Positions 26,322 through 28,582 of a stretch of DNA of 28,582 nt are shown here, piece by piece; within the stretch, counting starts at the first letter, position 1; the number at the start of each line of letters is the position of its first letter. Source of the DNA: a virus (taxonomy: Duplodnaviria; Caudoviricetes); IMG/VR virus record IMGVR_UViG_3300006947_000062, positions 1 to 28,582 of that record; one strand, written 5' to 3'. The position numbers were made by a program, and so were the translations under genes. A model generated the notes under the pieces. The model worked only from the letters and a program-made list of their open reading frames with translations. It was not told the DNA's origin and made no database searches.

Positions 26322-26556
26322 AAGTGATAGCAATATGAGACAAATTGATAAAAGTCGATTAAAAGACAGCTTTACACCATTACATCAATTAGAGTGGATT
26401 GAATGTCAAGCCAGATTAAATGCCATTGGTGAAGAACGTGAAAGGAAAGGTGCACCATATGACAATCCAATGGTTCAGATTGAATCAACTTTGTTTGATA
26501 TAGAGTGCAAAACTGAAATGTTGAAGAAGTTGCTCAATCAATTTGTTCTGAAATGA
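26314..26556 (+). CDS. Hypothetical protein
   Basis: 80-aa ORF with ATGA overlap downstream. Confidence 0.6.
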   Translation: MNKSDSNMRQIDKSRLKDSFTPLHQLEWIECQARLNAIGEERERKGAPYDNPMVQIESTLFDIECKTEMLKKLLNQFVLK

Positions 26557-27029
26557 ATCATATTTCACCATTAACAAATGAAGTTGTAAATACTGGCCAA
26601 TCTTTTGATATTAATGAGAGTGTTTTCACAACCAAAACAATCACACCATATGAATTGGCTCACAAGTATAATAAATCTGTGACAGCTCTTGTAAATGGTT
26701 CTTATGTTGGATGGGGATTTGCTCCAGATTTCATCAGGTTTAAGTCCAAAGCAGAAAACTATGACAATCAGATCTCAGAAATTGTTTTCTGGCACAATTC
26801 AGCATTCGGAAAATTTTGCAGACATCACGCAATGATGCTGGTTGCATTTGGAGGTGATTCAGTAATAAAATTTGATTCTGGTAGAATGTCACCAGAAGAT
26901 AATGCACTTTATTTTACACAGATAAGAGGCCGAAATCTACCAAAAAGTAAAATTCAAACAATAACATTCAAAACCAGATATGATAAATCTGGAGAAATAA
27001 TCAAAGACAAATCAAATGCCATTACCTAA
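26553..27029 (+). CDS. Hypothetical protein
   Basis: 158-aa ORF; no motif recognised. Confidence 0.7.
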   Translation: MNHISPLTNEVVNTGQSFDINESVFTTKTITPYELAHKYNKSVTALVNGSYVGWGFAPDFIRFKSKAENYDNQISEIVFWHNSAFGKFCRHHAMMLVAFGGDSVIKFDSGRMSPEDNALYFTQIRGRNLPKSKIQTITFKTRYDKSGEIIKDKSNAIT

Positions 27030-27156
27030 ACCAGAAAAAAACGAGGATAAAACAAATTTTCTTGATAGATGTTTAAAAAACAATACAATCAAAACTGAGT
27101 ATCCTGATATAAATCAAAGAATTGCAGTGTGCAATTCACAATGGAAAAACAAATAA
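27016..27156 (+). CDS. Small two-cysteine phage protein (46 aa), not in the ORF track
   Basis: MPLPKPEKNEDKTNFLDRCLKNNTIKTEYPDINQRIAVCNSQWKNK; the P..E....F..RC...EYPD..QR.AVC..W pattern is recalled from other phages; fills the gap to ATG 27159. Confidence 0.7.
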   Translation: MPLPKPEKNEDKTNFLDRCLKNNTIKTEYPDINQRIAVCNSQWKNK

Positions 27157-27158
27157 CT

Positions 27159-27569
27159 ATGAAAAATTCAAAAATTACAGCTTTACAAGCCAACGGAACG
27201 TGGCAAACAAAAAGAGGTGACACAATGTATTCATTTGAGATACAATTCGAAGATGAGCAGACTGGACAGTGTAATGCTAAGACAGCAGAACCACCATATG
27301 CAATTGGTGACATGGTATTCTATGAAGTGACAAGATCAACAAACTTTGGTGATGTGCTGAAAGTGACTAAAAATGATCCAACTGCATACAATGGAGAATC
27401 AGGAGCACCAAAAAACTCCAGCACTCAGAGAAATATTGAAAATTCTTGGGCTATTCAGACAGCTGTTCAGATAATAGGATCATGCAAAGAAGAAACATAT
27501 GATGCATATCTTGAACAGATGGGAATTTTAGCTCGTATTCTACTTATGGAACGTGACAATTTAAACTAA
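27159..27569 (+). CDS. Putative OB-fold/ssDNA-binding-like protein
   Basis: Beta-rich N-terminal half (NGTW...YSFEIQFE...YAIGDMVFYEV) plus helical C-terminus, next to the replication genes; function inferred. Confidence 0.45.
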   Translation: MKNSKITALQANGTWQTKRGDTMYSFEIQFEDEQTGQCNAKTAEPPYAIGDMVFYEVTRSTNFGDVLKVTKNDPTAYNGESGAPKNSSTQRNIENSWAIQTAVQIIGSCKEETYDAYLEQMGILARILLMERDNLN

Positions 27570-27793
27570 TGAAAAATAACAACAACGGTTTCAAATCTTA
27601 CATTGTAAAAATGTACGGATCTCAATCAAACATGGCAAATTCACTGAACGTATCAACGAACACAGTGAACAATTGGGTGCACAAGAATCCAATGTCATTA
27701 TTGAAGCACTCAAAAATGATTCTAGAACAATGTGATACAACAGCACATGAACTTCTGTCTGAAGTAATGTATCACAACGATGTAATAAGTTGA
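27569..27793 (+). CDS. Cro/XRE-like helix-turn-helix regulator
   Basis: YGSQSNMANSLNVSTNTVNNWV is a canonical HTH pattern; 74 aa. Confidence 0.75.
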   Translation: MKNNNNGFKSYIVKMYGSQSNMANSLNVSTNTVNNWVHKNPMSLLKHSKMILEQCDTTAHELLSEVMYHNDVIS

Positions 27794-28533
27794 ATAGAGA
27801 CCTTTGTTTCAACTCTGAAGCAGCTAAAATGTATGGTGTAGATGGTGCAATCATGCTCCACCACCTTGCATTTTGGGTATATAGAAACAAACTCAATCAA
27901 AAGAATGAGATTGATGGCCACACTTGGACTTGGAACAGTGCATCTGCATTAAGAGAGATATTTCCATTTTGGAAAGACAATCAAATCAGAAGGATCTTAA
28001 CGAACTTAGAAAAAGAAGGAGCAATCATCTCAGCTGTTCACAATCGTGCTCGATGGGATAGAACAAAGTGGTACACAATCACTGAAAAAGTCCAGCAATT
28101 CTACCAATTCCAGAAATCTGAACATGCAAGTGCAGAAATCAAAACTTCGAAGTTGAAGAAAAAGAAATTGGATGTTGAGAAATCGGTTGACCAATACCAG
28201 ATAGTAACTACAGATAGTAAACAGATATTAACACAGATTGTATATCCTTATGAAAGTAAGGAATTTGAAAAGCTCTGGATTCTTTGGAAGCAAGACCGAT
28301 CCAATCGGAAAATAAAAAAATATACAAAGGTTGGAGAACAAACAGCTCTCAAGAAATTGCAAGATGAGAGTGAAGGAGACGAACACACAGCAATAAAAAT
28401 GATTCAAAACTCAATAGCAAATGGATATCAAGGAATCTTCCCAATTAAAAACAACAGAAAACAGAATGCAGCTGTTCAAGGATTCGACAAATCAAAGCTG
28501 CTTGATCATCTTAAACAAACTCGCAACTCTTAA
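27790..28533 (+). CDS. Phage replication initiator (winged-helix N-terminal domain)
   Basis: AKMYGVDGAIML...GHTWTWNS...FPFW...IRRILTNLEKEG...DRTKWYTI; C-terminal IQNSIANGYQGIF; internal iteron-like repeats; TTG start. Confidence 0.75.
   Translation: MNRDLCFNSEAAKMYGVDGAIMLHHLAFWVYRNKLNQKNEIDGHTWTWNSASALREIFPFWKDNQIRRILTNLEKEGAIISAVHNRARWDRTKWYTITEKVQQFYQFQKSEHASAEIKTSKLKKKKLDVEKSVDQYQIVTTDSKQILTQIVYPYESKEFEKLWILWKQDRSNRKIKKYTKVGEQTALKKLQDESEGDEHTAIKMIQNSIANGYQGIFPIKNNRKQNAAVQGFDKSKLLDHLKQTRNS
28198..28243 (+). repeat. Iteron-like direct repeats (candidate replication origin) inside the initiator gene
   Basis: CAGATAGTAA (28198), CAGATAGTAA (28211), CAGATATTAA (28222), CAGATTGTAT (28234). 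Confidence 0.65.
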
Positions 28534-28582
28534 ACCAGTTGAGGCATGGCATCAAGGAACAAATGTCAGGACAGCAATGAAA
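28466..28582 (+). CDS. N-terminal 39 codons of the gene that continues at position 1
   Basis: MQLFKDSTNQSCLIILNKLATLKPVEAWHQGTNVRTAMK with no stop; the final ATG AAA is identical to bases 1-6. Confidence 0.65.
   Translation, partial: MQLFKDSTNQSCLIILNKLATLKPVEAWHQGTNVRTAMK

Larger units (their letters stand above)
1..28582 (+). mobile_element. Tailed dsDNA bacteriophage genome (siphovirus-like), probably complete, likely Bacteroidota host
   Basis: Full set of terminase, portal, protease, capsid, tail, lysis and replication genes, all on one strand with ATGA/TAATG coupling. No host housekeeping genes. The last 6 nt (ATGAAA) equal the first 6 nt and an ORF continues in frame across the junction. 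Confidence 0.93.

Noticed and set aside
477-27896. All minus-strand ORFs in the track (e.g. 4365-4712, 10240-10593, 12877-13239, 22948-23412)
   Set aside because: They lie antisense to well-supported + strand genes, show no recognisable motifs, and look like shadow frames.
1-28582. Integrated prophage, tRNA genes or alternative genetic code
   Set aside because: No integrase, att-flanked host genes or tRNA cloverleaf recognised. Genes are full length under the standard code with TAA, TGA and TAG all used as stops.

Overview
The window looks like the complete (apparently circular or circularly permuted, ~28.58 kb) genome of a small tailed dsDNA phage with a non-contractile tail, probably infecting a Bacteroidota/flavobacterial host. 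The host call rests on TAnnTTTG promoters, A-rich starts without Shine-Dalgarno sites, and the protein families present. All credible genes lie on the + strand. The order is: DUF5675-like enzyme, NinG-like nuclease, sigma-like factor, ParB-N/DNA methyltransferase, small and large terminase, tail module (frameshifted chaperone, completion proteins, tail tip, tape measure), prohead protease, scaffold, major capsid, tail tube, a giant 1138-aa virion protein, portal, adaptor, fibre, holin-like genes, metallophosphoesterase, small early genes, HTH regulator and replication initiator. The last gene runs in frame off the right end into base 1. The most striking feature is the 1138-aa protein (16411-19827). 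Its carbohydrate-binding-like beta-sandwich repeats appear to be nested inside one another like Russian dolls rather than arranged in tandem, and the whole stack sits inside a small structural protein. Also notable are a -1 frameshift site far from the tape-measure gene, a phased CCCGTA repeat tract after terL, a 14-bp motif shared by the two long intergenic regions, and iteron-like repeats in the initiator gene. All family assignments come from motif recognition, not database searches.
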